Origin: Spizellomyces punctatus DAOM BR117
Lineage: Eukaryota
DNA length: 64,000 bases
Strand: one strand, 5' to 3'
Assembly: GCA_000182565.2 (NCBI GenBank)
Contig: KQ257454.1
Made by a program: the position numbers and the translations under genes. Below the pieces are notes generated by a model that was not told where the DNA came from, searched no databases, and saw nothing but the letters and a program-made list of their open reading frames with translations. Below are positions 49,201 through 62,542 of the stretch, in pieces (within the stretch, counting starts at the first letter, position 1; every line of letters begins with the position of its first letter).

Positions 49201-52200
49201 TAAATAAGGACTTTTTGCTCAGATTGGAGCAGCTCTACGCCAATCATCCGATAATTGATCGAATAGGAAACGTGTTACTGACAATGGTACTGTTCATAAA
49301 CAAGATACTGGGAAGACGTTTGGACGATATCACTGATCTCTCTTGCTATTGCTATAGATGGAGCGATTTGTCAGTTATACATTGTACTGCAGCCAGCATT
49401 CAGTATCGGTTACGAAACAGTTGAGTTTGGCTCAGACGAAGAGAGAGTTTCGCGTGTTTCTCGAGGTTAGTGCACTTTCCATTAGTCGCGGGTGGTGAAT
49501 ATGGTCTCAAGTCTCTTCAATTAAAAGGAAACGTACAAAAACCCGACAACCAGACAACTTGATCTAGGCGGGTTCCTGATCAAACCTGTGCAGCGGATAT
49601 GCAAGTATCCGCTACTGATAAAGGTAGATAGAGCGCTCGTGGAAGCATTTTGCTGTTGGCTAACATGGTTTCTTCTTAACAGGAAATACTCAAGAACACT
49701 GAAGAGAGCTCTGCAGACCATGGATTGCTGAAGGAGGCAGCTGAGAGGATTCAAGGGATTATCAGTATTGTCAACGAAGGGGCGCGGCAAGCCGACGGTG
49801 TTCGGCGAGTGGTGGATATACAAAATAACTTTACAGATGTAAGCTTATTTGTCGCCTTTCGCTTCCCAGCGCTGCTATGTCCCTAACCTCTTACGGGAAC
49901 GGATAGAAAATTAACATAGTGACCCCAACTCGTCACTTAGTTCGTGAGGACGCAGTCTACGTGAACTACGCGGAAATCAAAAAGCCGCGAAGACTCCTTC
50001 TATTCAATGATCTTTTGATAGTTGCACGCAAAGATTGGAGGGATAAATACCATCTAGTAGACCAAGCTATCCTCAAAGACTGCATCATTGCGGATGTGCA
50101 AGAGAAAGAGCAAGATGCGGGTATGTCTTACCTCTCGCTCGCAACCACGCATGGGCGTTTCGCTCATGTTGGCATCTTCCAGCAACCAATCTTCTTGAAC
50201 TTGAAATCAACCCATCTTCGGATTCGCATCTAGCCATTTCATCACGCTATCTTTTCTCCGTCTCCTCGCCCCAGGTCAAACAAGCGTGGCTAGATGCTTA
50301 TCGTAGCCTAACTCCAGCAAACATTCCCATCAGATCCAAACAGCTCAGCGAAGCTGGCTCCATCATCTCAAATCTTGATCTCGTCGAAGATGAAGAAGAT
50401 GTGGTAGTGGTGACAGAAGACACCGCTAAGCGCAGGGCTTCCGAGGTTGCAGCCCGTCAAGCAGCTAAAGAACGAGTAACAGAACTTGAAGCACGATGTG
50501 ACCGGGAGGGCAAGCGCGCAATGGAAGCAGAAAGAGCTCTGGAAGCGGAGAATGCGAAAATAGAGGAGCTGACCTCCAAGCTGGACACTATGGAGAAGAA
50601 GGCAATAGAGGCTGAAACACGAGCCGCTGAGCTTTCGTCGAAATTGTCCGATACCATTGCTGCTCGTACGGCGGTTGAAAAAGCCAGAGACGAAGCTATG
50701 GAGCGCCTCACTGCGCAAGAAGCTACGCTCCTGGCGGGCGGTCGCCGTATAGCCGAACTTGAGAAAGAAAACAAGGAACTGGGTGTTTCGAGGGAAGGCG
50801 GGCACCAGCGAGTGAAAATGCTCACGGACGAGATGATACGTTTGAATGAAACCATCCACAATTTACGGAGTGATATGGAGAGGGAGGAGAACAAACGGAT
50901 GGTCATGGAAAGGGAGAAATCTGCTGAACTTGCTCAAGCGCAGAAGCGCTTCGAAGATGAAATTAGTCAAGTTCAGAAGAGTTTTGAAGGAGTGTTTGAA
51001 AGGGAAAAGACGGAGAAAGAAGAGCTGCGGGCAGCTATCGCATCCATCTCATCCCGGCACGCAGCGGAATTGCAATCAACGAGGGAAGACGCAGAGGCAC
51101 AGATAAGAAAAACTCGACAGGAAGCAGAACTTTCTCTCACCCGACTTCGCGAGGAGAATGATGCTGCACTCCGCCGCATTCGCGAAGAAAATGAGTCGAT
51201 TATCGGCCGGATGCGAGAAGACAGTGATGCCAAGATTCAGTTCCTACAGGCGTCGCTCGATCAAGAGATACAGAACCATGAGATGACTCGACGTGATATG
51301 GAACAAGACAAATCCATACAAGTACAGCGCCTGACGATTGAGTTGGATTCCATGAAACAAAAGGCAGTACAAGTGACAGAAGGGCTGAAGAGATCTCTTG
51401 CTGAAGCGCAAGAGAAGCTTCGAGAGAGAGAAGCCGCCTTCCGAGCGCGAGAAGATGCATTCAGAGAAAAGGAGGTAGAGGGTGCAAAACTAGAATTCGA
51501 GCGCAATCAACACGCTTTCGAGCTGGCGAGGGTGCATGCGGCTGTGGAAGCGGGGAAAAACGAACAACGTGCAATGGTGGCCAACTTTGAGAAGGTCATG
51601 CAAGAGCGGCATCAGACGTTGACCAGGAAAGAAGCCGAGCTAGCGGAAATTTCTCGAAAACTCACCGAAAGCACTCAGCTAAATATTTCCCTTCAGGCTG
51701 AGATTGACAAGGGTCGTTATGAAGCCAATGAACGTCGTAGGATTGCCGAGGAATCGGCAACGCGGCTAAAGGAGGAACTGGCGGCCATCAAGGCCGAACG
51801 TGTGCGTGAGCAACAACAATACCAGGACCTGGATCGCGCGCACCGAGATACGTTCAAGCAGCTGGAGACTACTCGTTCACAACAGGCTCAACTCTCAGAA
51901 GCACATCGCCGATTGGTCGACGAAAATGCGCGGCTTAAGGCCGGTCTAAACAACCACAGCATCCAACTAACGCAATTCTCCCAGGAAAAGCACGTTCTCC
52001 AATCGCAATTAGGAGAAGCACATGAACGGATCGCGAAATTCTCGCAGGATCTGGATTCGTACCGTGCGGAGGAGCGAGTCTCAAAGGAAACCATTCAAAG
52101 GCTGCAGGATGAAGTCTATCGCCTTGTTGTACGAGCTGAGCGAGCAGAGGTACAAGTCACGGAATTAGAACGCATACGGACGACCAATGAAAGAGAATAT

Positions 52201-54831
52201 GCAGAGAGTCGACAGGCGTTCCAAGCAGAGATCGTCACCATGAAAACCAGAATGCAGAAAGCAGAAGACGAAGCCCGCGCCAAGCTGGAGAAAGAAGTGG
52301 CGGAAGCCCGACGACAGGGGCTGGCAGATTCACAGAACGAGCGGCAGAGACTGTTGAAAGAGAATGAGGAATTGAGAGCCAAACTGCAACGGGAGACAGC
52401 AGACCTTCGACTCTTGCGAGACCGAGACACTGAAGAGATTCGTGGCCGTTTGGAGCTTGTGGAGCGATTAGAGTCAGAAACCAAGACAGCCAAAGGACGA
52501 CTGGAACATGAGAACGAAGCACTACGGGATAAAATCGGAAGAATTGAAGCAGAATTCCGGGAGAAGGCCAAGGCTGCATCTTCTTTCAAAAAGCGAGCCC
52601 GCCAGTTGGAAGCTGAAAATGAAAGCATGGCTCAGAAGATCCAAGAGCTGTCGGCAGCGTGGGACGAATTGGATGCTCGACATCGACATTTAGAGGGTTT
52701 GCACCGCGGTGCAGAGGATGAAATCAATCAGCTCCGTGGGCGGCTGTCTGCTGCTGAGAGAGATGCCGCAGCTGTTCAGAATCGCTTGGAGCTATATAAT
52801 GAACTAGACCGCAAGTACCTGGCCCTACGTGACGAAACAGCAAAGATTTCCAATTCGTCACGAAGTTACGAGCAGGAAATGCGAAAAGCACAGTTAATAG
52901 CTGCGCGGAAGGGAAGGGAGCTAGCAGGGCTGCAAATGGTGATGGCTGAGATAGCCAAGGCAATGTCCTTGTCGCAGGGTATGGTTAAGACGCCGTTTGG
53001 CGGACTTACCCCGAACACATACGTCGCTCCGGACACCAGCAGTCATCTGGTCCTACATGGAAGCAGTGAAGCGCTCAATACGGCTGGTACACCGTTTGAT
53101 ATTTCATCTCAGTTAACCCACGTCGATGATTCCCGTATAATGGCAATTCTCACGCGTATTCACGATATGGCATTGGAAAATGACCGTCTTCGAGGAGACT
53201 TGGAGCTTGAGAGAGCAAAGCAGCAAGAGCTTCAAGAGCTCCGCACGCTAGCTGAACAGGAACGAGATGCAATTGTAGCCACGCTAAAGAAATTGGAAGG
53301 GAAGCTCAAGGATCGCACTGCCGCGCATCGTGAACAGCTGCAGCGTGTCAGCACCTCTTCTGAGCGGTTAGCTAAGAGTGTCGAAGATCTTGGGAGAGAC
53401 AAATCCGCCCTAGAAAAGGCACTGCAGGAGGGTAAAGACAAGATTTCGAGCTTGGAACAGGACAAGGCGCAATTAGAACGCCAATTTGTAACTCTGTTTG
53501 AGCGCATGGAAATGTTGCAAGCCGCACACGGGAAAGAACTAGCTCGTTTAAGAGCCCAAAATGCCGGGTTGAGCAAGGAAGTGGAGCTAATCACGGTCAC
53601 CCGGAACGAAGCTCTTCGGAAGGCTGAGGACGCTTCGGAAAAAATGAAAGAAGCGGAACTTGAGCGAACACATCTCAAACACCTCGCAGAATCGTTGTCA
53701 GAAACAAAGCAAAAGACGCAGGTGCTTCTTGAAACAGCGAATGCTACCAGCCGCCAGCTCGCCGAAGAGCTTGCACGGTGTAAAGCCGAACTTGGGGCCG
53801 TCCGCGCAAAATGGGAGGAAATTAACTCTCGCTCGGCGGACGCCGAGCGGCGACTAAATTCGCAAAAGGTGGCCCTAGAGCGTGGCGTCATTGACTTGGC
53901 ATCGGCTGGAGATGAGCTGGAACGACGTTCCCAAGTTGTTGCGGTTCATCGAAGCATGCTGGAAGAAACTCAAGTAGAGTTCGAACGAGTTCTGGCCGGA
54001 CGTGATGCGCAGATCGAGTCGTTATACAGCGAATTGCAGGCTGCCGCCAGTCGGGAAGGAAAACTTCAGGATCAACTGAAAACCGTTACGGGGGAACTTC
54101 AGTGGGAGCAAATACAAGCCGAAGAGGCTCGATCTGAAGCTAATAATTTGCGTGCAGCCTATAAAGCGTTGCAGGCTAAGATTGTTCATTCAGATGCGCA
54201 AGTGAATCGCAATAGTTCTCGTCTTGCAAGCCTGGCAAGCGACCTAGATCGAGACGAGATCGAACCGTCGACTCCGGAACGTCGCTCGCTTACTGGATTG
54301 CTACGAGATGAAAGTGGTCCCTCATCTCCACTGATTCATTCGGTTGCGGGCATGTTTCGGGACTCGCCCACCAGAATGCGCCACGATACACAGTCGGGAC
54401 CAGACCACTCAGTCAAACCCGCCCTCAGTCGGAAGTGCGGGCAAATCATTGAAATCCTTTTTGCTTGCGAACGGCTTCTTGCTACAGTTTCTGAAAACCA
54501 TTCTCGCCCAGAGACGAGTCTGCGAAATTCGGTGGCATCACAACAAACCTCTGTCTCGGACAGCGTTACCAGCAGCACGTTTGCTCTTCAACAGCTTTCA
54601 TACCTCGTTACCACAGCGCGTCAGGATGCTGCTGCAGGAGCCCTTCGCGAGATTCGCGTTGGTTTGATGCGCGCAAAAGCATTAGTAGAGGAACTGGCGG
54701 ATTCTCGGACTCAGCCAGACGACACACGAAAGCGACTAGTAGCAATTCGGAGTCCCTTGGCCTCCGGACGAGACTTATCACGGAGAAGTATAGATAAAGG
54801 TCGGCGTGCATCTATGCCAGCCGCCCTGTAA
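46230..54831 (+). CDS. Very large Rho GEF: disordered N-terminus, 2 SH3, DH, PH and a long coiled-coil tail (about 2,700 aa, 8 exons)
   Basis: SH3 motifs ELELEAGD..WWYG..GFFP and ELDLTLGE..WWRG..GWFP. DH motifs FELLTTERDYVRDL and LIKPVQRICKYPLL. PH motif LLLFNDLLIVA. The last exon from 50182 reads without a stop into ORF 50401-54831. Confidence 0.88.
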
Positions 54832-54979
54832 GTATAAGGTAAACCACAATTGTAGATAGGAGATCGTAATGTTAAGACAATACCAGCATGGAATGTATGC
54901 AATAATTTCAAAATCTATGTTATTTTACACATTTCATCCATCAACTCTAGTATCTCGTGATTCTTCTTAACTTCTAATC

Positions 54980-55519
54980 CTATGCAGAAAGCAAGGTTTG
55001 CAACTCCCCATTTTCCTCCAATTCACGTAAATCAGTAAATCCACCAACGTGCTTCTTGCTAACAAAGATATTGGGCACTGTCGTTTGAGCTGTCTTCTCC
55101 TTCAAATAGCCATGCATTGCCTCCCCATCCTGAACGTTGTCGAGCTCGATAGTCACAAAGTCGACACCCTTCGACGTGAAGAGTGCTTTGGCCTTGTCAC
55201 AGTATGGGCAGTAGGTTTTGGAGTATATAACTACTCGGTTGGACGCAATTGTGTCTTCCACACGAGATGGAATATCGGAGGTGGAAGAGGAAGCAGGTTG
55301 CGCCTTTCTGCGCTTTGAGAAATCGATGTGGCACACACCGTTTTCGCAAACCACACCGTTATCGTTGGAGTCTGAGCCCATGCTTGTAGCTGTTGATGAG
55401 AAGAAGGCAAGAGTGAGCGGTCCTTTTGTGCGAGAGTTTCTAGGTACGCGACGGAGAACCAAGTTTGAGGGGCGGGGTTGAAAAGTTCTTGTTACTCTTG
55501 CCAAGAAACGATGCAACAT
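54980..55519 (-). CDS. Dithiol glutaredoxin (CPYC) with mitochondrial presequence, intronless
   Basis: YSKTYCPYC, TVPNIF and HVGG motifs after an Arg-rich N-terminus. Confidence 0.92.
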   Translation of the reverse strand: MLHRFLARVTRTFQPRPSNLVLRRVPRNSRTKGPLTLAFFSSTATSMGSDSNDNGVVCENGVCHIDFSKRRKAQPASSSTSDIPSRVEDTIASNRVVIYSKTYCPYCDKAKALFTSKGVDFVTIELDNVQDGEAMHGYLKEKTAQTTVPNIFVSKKHVGGFTDLRELEENGELQTLLSA

Positions 55520-56164
55520 ATGTAGTCAAGATTGCAATCCACCAACTCCTTTTGCTTTTAAACTCCTGGATTTGAAATTTTGGGAATACCCGCCATTTGG
55601 AAAATGTTTGGGTAATCAAATGACGCGATCGGCGAATGCCCGACGCTCCCCGCCGTCTCCCAAGCTTCCTTACAAATTGTGGACCGTGACGGTTTAGACT
55701 GCGGCGTACGACATACGGTACGGATGTGCAACTCTCTTGATCGAGTTTGTTCGGGAACGTTACAGATGATTCTGGCATTTACCAGGAAACGAAATTTTAT
55801 CAAGGATAGAATGTCATTTTGTTCCGGCCGTCACTAGCATGGATTGGGGCTGAACGGTAATTCAATATATAAATCTCCCTAAACCCTAAAATCTCGTATC
55901 TCTAAATCATAAAGGAATCAATCAGCCCATTCCGAATGACAGCAGAGTTGAGTCACCATGGCTGCACAGCAGTTGACGGGCAAAAAGGCCGAGAGAATGC
56001 ATGGAGTCACACTTAATCGACTCATTCTTCTCAAGCCAATACCTAATCCTACCCGTCTGACTGGGAAATACACAGCCTGTGAGAGTATGAGGAAGTCCGT
56101 CTATTCAGACAATGTCGAGGTCGTAGGTGAAATGCAAAACATCAAATATACAAGAAACCACAGT

Positions 56165-58521
56165 TCATTCTCGTGAAATATCCCGCCCGAACAAGGACTT
56201 TTTAGCCCAGTCAAAAGCGACCAGCACTCGATTGCGAAGAGAGAACAAGCTATGCAAATGTACGCAATTTCAGTTGGTCGTCACGCTTCGGAATGCATGA
56301 ATGCATGTAGGTGCACATCTTGACTTACTTGCTAAGATAAGCACTTCGCCAGAACCAGAACGTCAATGCTCCGCCAACGTGCACATTTCCAGGGAGATCG
56401 GCGATGGCCTTATCTGATCCAATATACCTACATCTCACAGAATTAGCGAGATAGACTCGAGCATTTTGGCACTTTCAAGCACACGTACGCCAAAGCTCCC
56501 AAATCTTTGTAATTGAACGGCTTCACGACTTGCCCAGCGATAGCACTAGGATCTTCTCCCGCGGCCAATAACTTATCACGATCTGCGTCTATCCGCGCGA
56601 GCTGGTTGAAAGTGGCAGCCAGGTAGTGTCCTTGTCTACTGGCTACCTGTGCAGTAGGTGGCCATCTGCGAATTATGCGCATAGAATTCTATGAGCTACG
56701 CACGTAATGCTGCAGTTTCTCCAAGACTTACTTTGTAGCTGATGCGTCACCCAAAGCATAAATATTGTCACTTCCCTTTACTTTGAGATAGTCGTCCACT
56801 ACGAGACCGCGACTGGCAACAGGTGCAACGAATTGAGCAAACGTCGTAAGTTATGTAAAGTGTTGCTTTTACACACCGTTGGTTTTGCAAGTTAGAGGGA
56901 AGCTTTTTGATTAAGTCTGCCACGACCTGTCTTGCAGTATTACCCGTGGCCCAAACCAAGAGACCTGTTGAAGGGAAAGGGAAACGCGCATTATAACTCC
57001 GCCTACTCGCGCCTCATCATATCAGGTCGTACCATATGGAATTTTCTCAATCTGCTTCTGAGGATTTTGAACAATCAACTCCTTCTGCTTGACCTCCTTC
57101 ACCATAGTATTGCTCAGAATTTTCACTTTGGCCTCAGCAAAGTGTTTTTCTGTGTACGTAATGAGTTCTTTCGAGAAAGATGGCAAAACGTGTGGAAGAG
57201 CTTCGACGAGGGTAATTTTGATCTTTGGTGCCAGCTCTGGGTACCAGTCCGCCTAGTAACTTTCAAGTGAGATCCAACGCCAAGAGACTGAGTCTACGCA
57301 ACATGTGCTGCGTACCAAGTCTTCCTTCAAAAAGTCGTAAAGTTCCGCTGCATACTCAACGCCTGTCGGTCCGCCGCCAACAACCACCATATGCAAGAGC
57401 CGATCGACCTCACTTTCCACTTGTCCTGGAAACGCAGCCGTTTCCAGGCAATCCATCAATCTTGTACGGATTTTCTTCGCATCCCTGATAGCCGCCCATG
57501 TTTAGTATGCCGATTACATTCTGTCCCAAAACTCATCGCACACACCAGGCTTCCTTCAAGAAACACGAGTATTCGCGCACCCCTGGAATACCAAAAGTCG
57601 CGTTCTCTGCGCCGCATGCGACAACTAAATAGTCGTACGGAATCTTTTGACTTGAAACTTCCCCGACGATTTCGGAATTGTCTTAATGATATGTGTCATC
57701 AGATCGTTGCAGTGGTTCCCCCTCATATGACAAAAACACCGACCTTCCACTGTCAACACCTTGTTCTCTACATCAATTTGATTGCAACCACCTTCCACAA
57801 ACGCAATTTGACGGGGTTTGAATCGGGTGATATAACGCATGGGCATCATGATACTACGTAGTTCCACTGTTCCCACTGTACAGCTACGCACACAATTCAG
57901 TAACGCTACCGACGAAACGTCGAGTGAAATCCCGCAGAAAATGACCCACCTAGGCAGAAGAGGTGTGAACAGGAAATAGTTTCTAGGACTGACCACAACC
58001 ACATTGTAGTTTTCGGTATCCAAGTCCTTAATGAGCGAGGTTGCTGCCCACCCGGAACCTAAAATGGCAATGGTCTTTTTGGAGTGGTCCCACGTGAATT
58101 GCTTTGGCGGGTGACGGGCATTGTAGACCTCTTCATTGTCCCAAACATGAACAAAAATCAATAACACTTCTTCCGCTTCTTCTTTATCAGCAGAGACATA
58201 CCATAAGTAAACAAACCCGCTCCAACTGCAACCACACTCAAGATGACTTTCCCGCCATACCGCCTCAGGAAGGACTTCTTTATCGTCGGTTGTCCTCCAG
58301 GTACCGCAGTGGCCATTTCGCGTCGCGCGTGGGCGGTCGCAACCGTCCGAAGCGGTATGCTAAGACCTAACAACATACCAAGAAAATGGTTGGCTGAATG
58401 AAGCTCTGTCGATCCTCCGACTATTTGGCTGTTGGACCATCCGCTCCGCTGTGCATAGTGAAATAACACCTGCTCTACCTAATCCGCCAATGCCTAACCT
58501 TCCCAACGCACCTCTCATCAT
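56165..58521 (-). CDS. Type II (alternative) mitochondrial NADH:ubiquinone oxidoreductase, Nde1/Ndi1 family, many exons
   Basis: [54 protein letters not shown] and FWRSAYLS, ending LFGRDISRE*. Confidence 0.95.
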
Positions 58522-59026
58522 CCGTAACCCTATATCCGCGTTCATGGTGTGAACACGCTTTACGATGGACAAGTTGCTACCCAAGATGCGTTTAGGGCAG
58601 TGCCGTGTTCCGCCGATTTCCTTGGCTGTTACACAATTACTGAAACGAATGATGCAGGCTTAGTCAGCAATCTAAGCCTTCGTCCGGAAGATCAGCTTGA
58701 AGTTGATGATAATCTGCAAAGATTCAAACAACGGACTCACGCCCGGATTAATCCTCGTCAACATCAACAAATAATGGCGGAAAGCAGCGCAATATCCATG
58801 CAGTCAGTGAGCAGTCTAGCATCTTCGTGCGATCATCTGGTATTCAGTTCTTAACGCCCGCAGTCCGCAGTTATATAAAATGTTACAGTTAGATTCTTCC
58901 CAGAAAGGGGCAACATCCATATTGATAGATTGCGTGCTCTGAGTTTGCACCTAAATGTTGAAATAAACATTATTTCTACAAGGTTCCCAATCCACATATT
59001 TACATGTAACAAAAAGTACGTCAAAT

Positions 59027-61473
59027 CTACGACAATAGGTTATCGGCAACGTCCACTGAAGCGCGGTAACTGTTCCCATCCTGCTCAGATCCGTCCGCAG
59101 ATGACCAAGTGCCAAAACTTGAGACAGGAGAGAGAGCATCGTAGTGAGCGGATGATCCTCCTCCGTTCTCTGCTGTTCCGCGTAGCGTCGTCAACACGCC
59201 CACTATTCTTACCGCAGGGGCAAAGGATCGGGTAAACGCGCGTAATGCTTGTTCATGCACAGCTAATCCACTTTTACATCGTCGAGTAGTAGCTTCATTT
59301 CCTTCTATGGATGCAGCTCCCAGTGCCATCACATACACTGAACACAGGGAATTGTGAGCCCGATCATCAGCCGCAAAAAGGAAATATGTATGCTCTTACC
59401 CAAAGCCACTTGATATACCCCCATAGTGAAATGCGGTGTAAGTGTGGTCAGTAGCGGGTCGACCATCAATGCTCTCTGTAAGACGGCAGATTCAGAGTCT
59501 GCTACTTGCATCGCGTCGTGAATCACCTTGCCCGTCAGTGCGCGTCGATCTAACCCCATGGACGGCAGACCCTCAGCCAATCCATCACCAGAATCCAGTG
59601 CAAAATATGCTGCCGAGATCACTTGATCCGCTTTGGATAGCATCGCATTAAGCAACCACTTGCGCAGTATGCCCCGTGCCTGAAGTCCGAGTAGTAATAC
59701 TGATACCGCAAACCAGAAACTTTGCAAATCTGACGATACCACCTCTGGTAGCTTTGCGGGGCCATGATCTATCGTTACTAGTAACTCGCGCATCGCAGGA
59801 GGCAGCGACAAAAACCATGCATCGAGTTCCGCGTCCAGCGCTTGATAGTTAATAACCATCTTCAATCCATGGTCTGTCCGAATAAAGTCCACCACTCGCC
59901 CATACAGCACCATCAATGGTCGTAGGTGATTGAAAATGACCTGCTCTCCCCCAAAGGCATTAACGGCCGGGTGCCTTATAACGTCCTCTGGCCATACTGC
60001 TGGCCATAGATCATCAGGTATTGAATGTCGGATCCGGTTAGGAACATTGGCGTATATCGATGGTCGATCGAGGGCCATCCAAACCATTCTGTCAAGCAGA
60101 GCCCAATTTAGCTGATCCTGCATGTATGTCAGATTGCACGTGCTCTACAAGGAATGCAGTTACCTTTCCAGAATAAGACAGCCTGCCCAAGTTCTCTTTC
60201 GAACTTCCTCCTGCATCGGCGAGAATCTGGTCCCCTCTACCATGGCGGTTTCAAGTGCCAAGTAATGTGCCATACGTACGGCCATTCCTAGCAAAGGAGA
60301 GGCTCGCAAATTAAGACTTCACAGGCATAAATGATAAAAGTGCTCAACATACCCACGTACTGCCAGGCTGCTGAGATGATGCCTTTCACTACACATTTCA
60401 CGAGGATGAGACAACATGCCCCAATTTCAATGTAGACAATTAACGAGAGACTGACTTGTAGAGCAGGTCGCCAAAATTAGTAATCCTTGTACCGCACTTA
60501 GTGAATGATTATCGTAAAGCTGCGGCACTAATCTCCGTGCCCGTCGATAGTACCGGTCTCCTGCATCAGCACATTGGGCATCTGCGTGTCGGCTCTCCTC
60601 CGTATACCGGCTGGCAATGCATTGCATGGCGAGCAAAAGAAACCCTTGCTGACGACGTATTGTGCGGATGAAACTACTACGATGTAGAAAATTGAAGGGG
60701 ATTTGCGATCCACAATATCTGTCAATAGAATATAAGCTAGCTGATCATGGTCCCGATGTTGTAACATCACACAACCATACTGAAAAAACAAATGGATAAG
60801 ATGCATCTAAAGTCGGGGTGAGATATAACAGAGAACAGTCAAACAACTTTGAGTCGAAATACAGCTTTAGTTAGGATACCAACCGAGACTTCAGCTCCGT
60901 CCACCAACAGGGTATCGGATTCTGGTGGAGTCACTTCGTCTCGAAGTCTACTAGGCGGAGAGGGATTGGATGAATGCGGACCAGTCGCCATTTCCGGTGA
61001 CGAAGAGGCATCTTTGACGTTCATTCTTTTATCTTGTGCATTTCCAGGTTTCTTTGTCATATCAACCATGGAGGGAAGAGACAGTTTCGCTTTAGTGGGT
61101 GAACGACGCTTTGCAGCGTCTGGGCCGGAAACTTGGTCCGCAAAATAGAAACATCCCGTCTCCGGTGGTCCAAAAACCCGACAAGCCCCGCAGATAGGTC
61201 GATCTCCATCGCACTGATCGATAAAGAAGAATGTCAGCGGTTCCTCGCCCCATTCATGGGAAATGAGCAAGGGACATATGTAACATGCTCCGACTATCGA
61301 ACCTTTCTCTTCCGCTGCCGACACGGTTCACAAGCTTTCCGACGAGTAGCCCCTGCCTTACGCTTTCCAACGGACTGTCCACTCTCATTCCCAACCGATG
61401 GGCCAGGGCATTCATTTCGAGCATCGTCAGAGGAGGCATGCACTTTATGCCAAGTATCCGCGTTTGTTGTCAT
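59027..61473 (-). CDS. Zn(II)2Cys6 fungal transcription factor with Fungal_trans middle domain
   Basis: Spliced ACEPCRQRKRK|CDGDRPICGAC...C binuclear cluster, plus LSAVQGLLILA, GMAVRMAHYL and EEVRKRTW motifs. Confidence 0.9.
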
Positions 61474-62542
61474 GTGTGATCTGGTGACGATAGTCCCCGG
61501 TAACGAGATGCTGCAAGACGAGTCTCGCCTTCCGTCGCTGCAGTGGGTGTGGAATAACAGAGCGTCGGGAACAGTGCATCTCAGGGACCATAAAAATAGG
61601 ATCCTCGGAGCACCGGCCGGGTTATTATTCGTGGCAAACTTAAATTTAGTAAAATGTGTTTTTCCTTTGATTTTTTACCCTTGTTCCGATCAATGTTAAA
61701 GGCGCTTTGGGATCCGCAGTTATATCCTGAACCAACGATCCCAGCCAGAATCCTTTGATGGCAAGCAGTCCTTGGCCAACCCTTGTACACCAGGCTCCAA
61801 AGTTAAAGGTTTGTGACAACATTAAGTTTAACAATTATCATGACATGCAAAGGCTTCCCGTACGAAAAGGGTCACAAGGGCTAATCGAGTAATGGATGCC
61901 CGGAGCGGCTGAGCTGTCAACGAATTTTTTTTTTGGTCGATTTGGCCCCAGCAGACTTTGTGAATCGTCATTGTTCAAGGGATCATGAGCAGTCTAGCAG
62001 CGTAAATTGAACATTACGTCCAATTGCCCTCGGAAATGATGATACAAGTGTGACACTCAAGTGTAGCGGACCATGCTGCCTTTGTCACTCAGATACACAC
62101 AATCGCAAGCCCTTGGCACTGGACCAGATTTCTTGTAAAATATGTGTGGCGTGGAGGGAGAATCCCTGCCGCTGCGCAAGCACATTTTCAGCCGAGCGGA
62201 GCTACCATCTGTCTTGCCAAGGGCTGGCCGTCTGAGCTTTCAAGGTATTGTCGACGTACCGAATCCAGGGACAGGGCAAGATCCAGGTGTTGACTAGGCT
62301 ATCCAGTAACTGAAGACGGAGTTTAATAGCTACCATTGCAGCACAATAGAGAAACCTGCGGTAGAGCACAAAAATCATTCAAAGCCACGGACTCAGTAAT
62401 AATTAGCACAATAAACAATGGACTTCTGTATTAATGTTTCCAGAGAAGAAATAGAGTATGTCTACGCCCAATTCGGAGACTAGAGAGGAGGAGTCTGGTC
62501 CATTTCAAAGTGGTAACAGAACGTTGACGAACGTCGACCTCA

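Noticed and set aside
61133-61699. 188-aa + strand ORF
   Set aside because: Antisense to the Zn2Cys6 exons and promoter, with no motif support.
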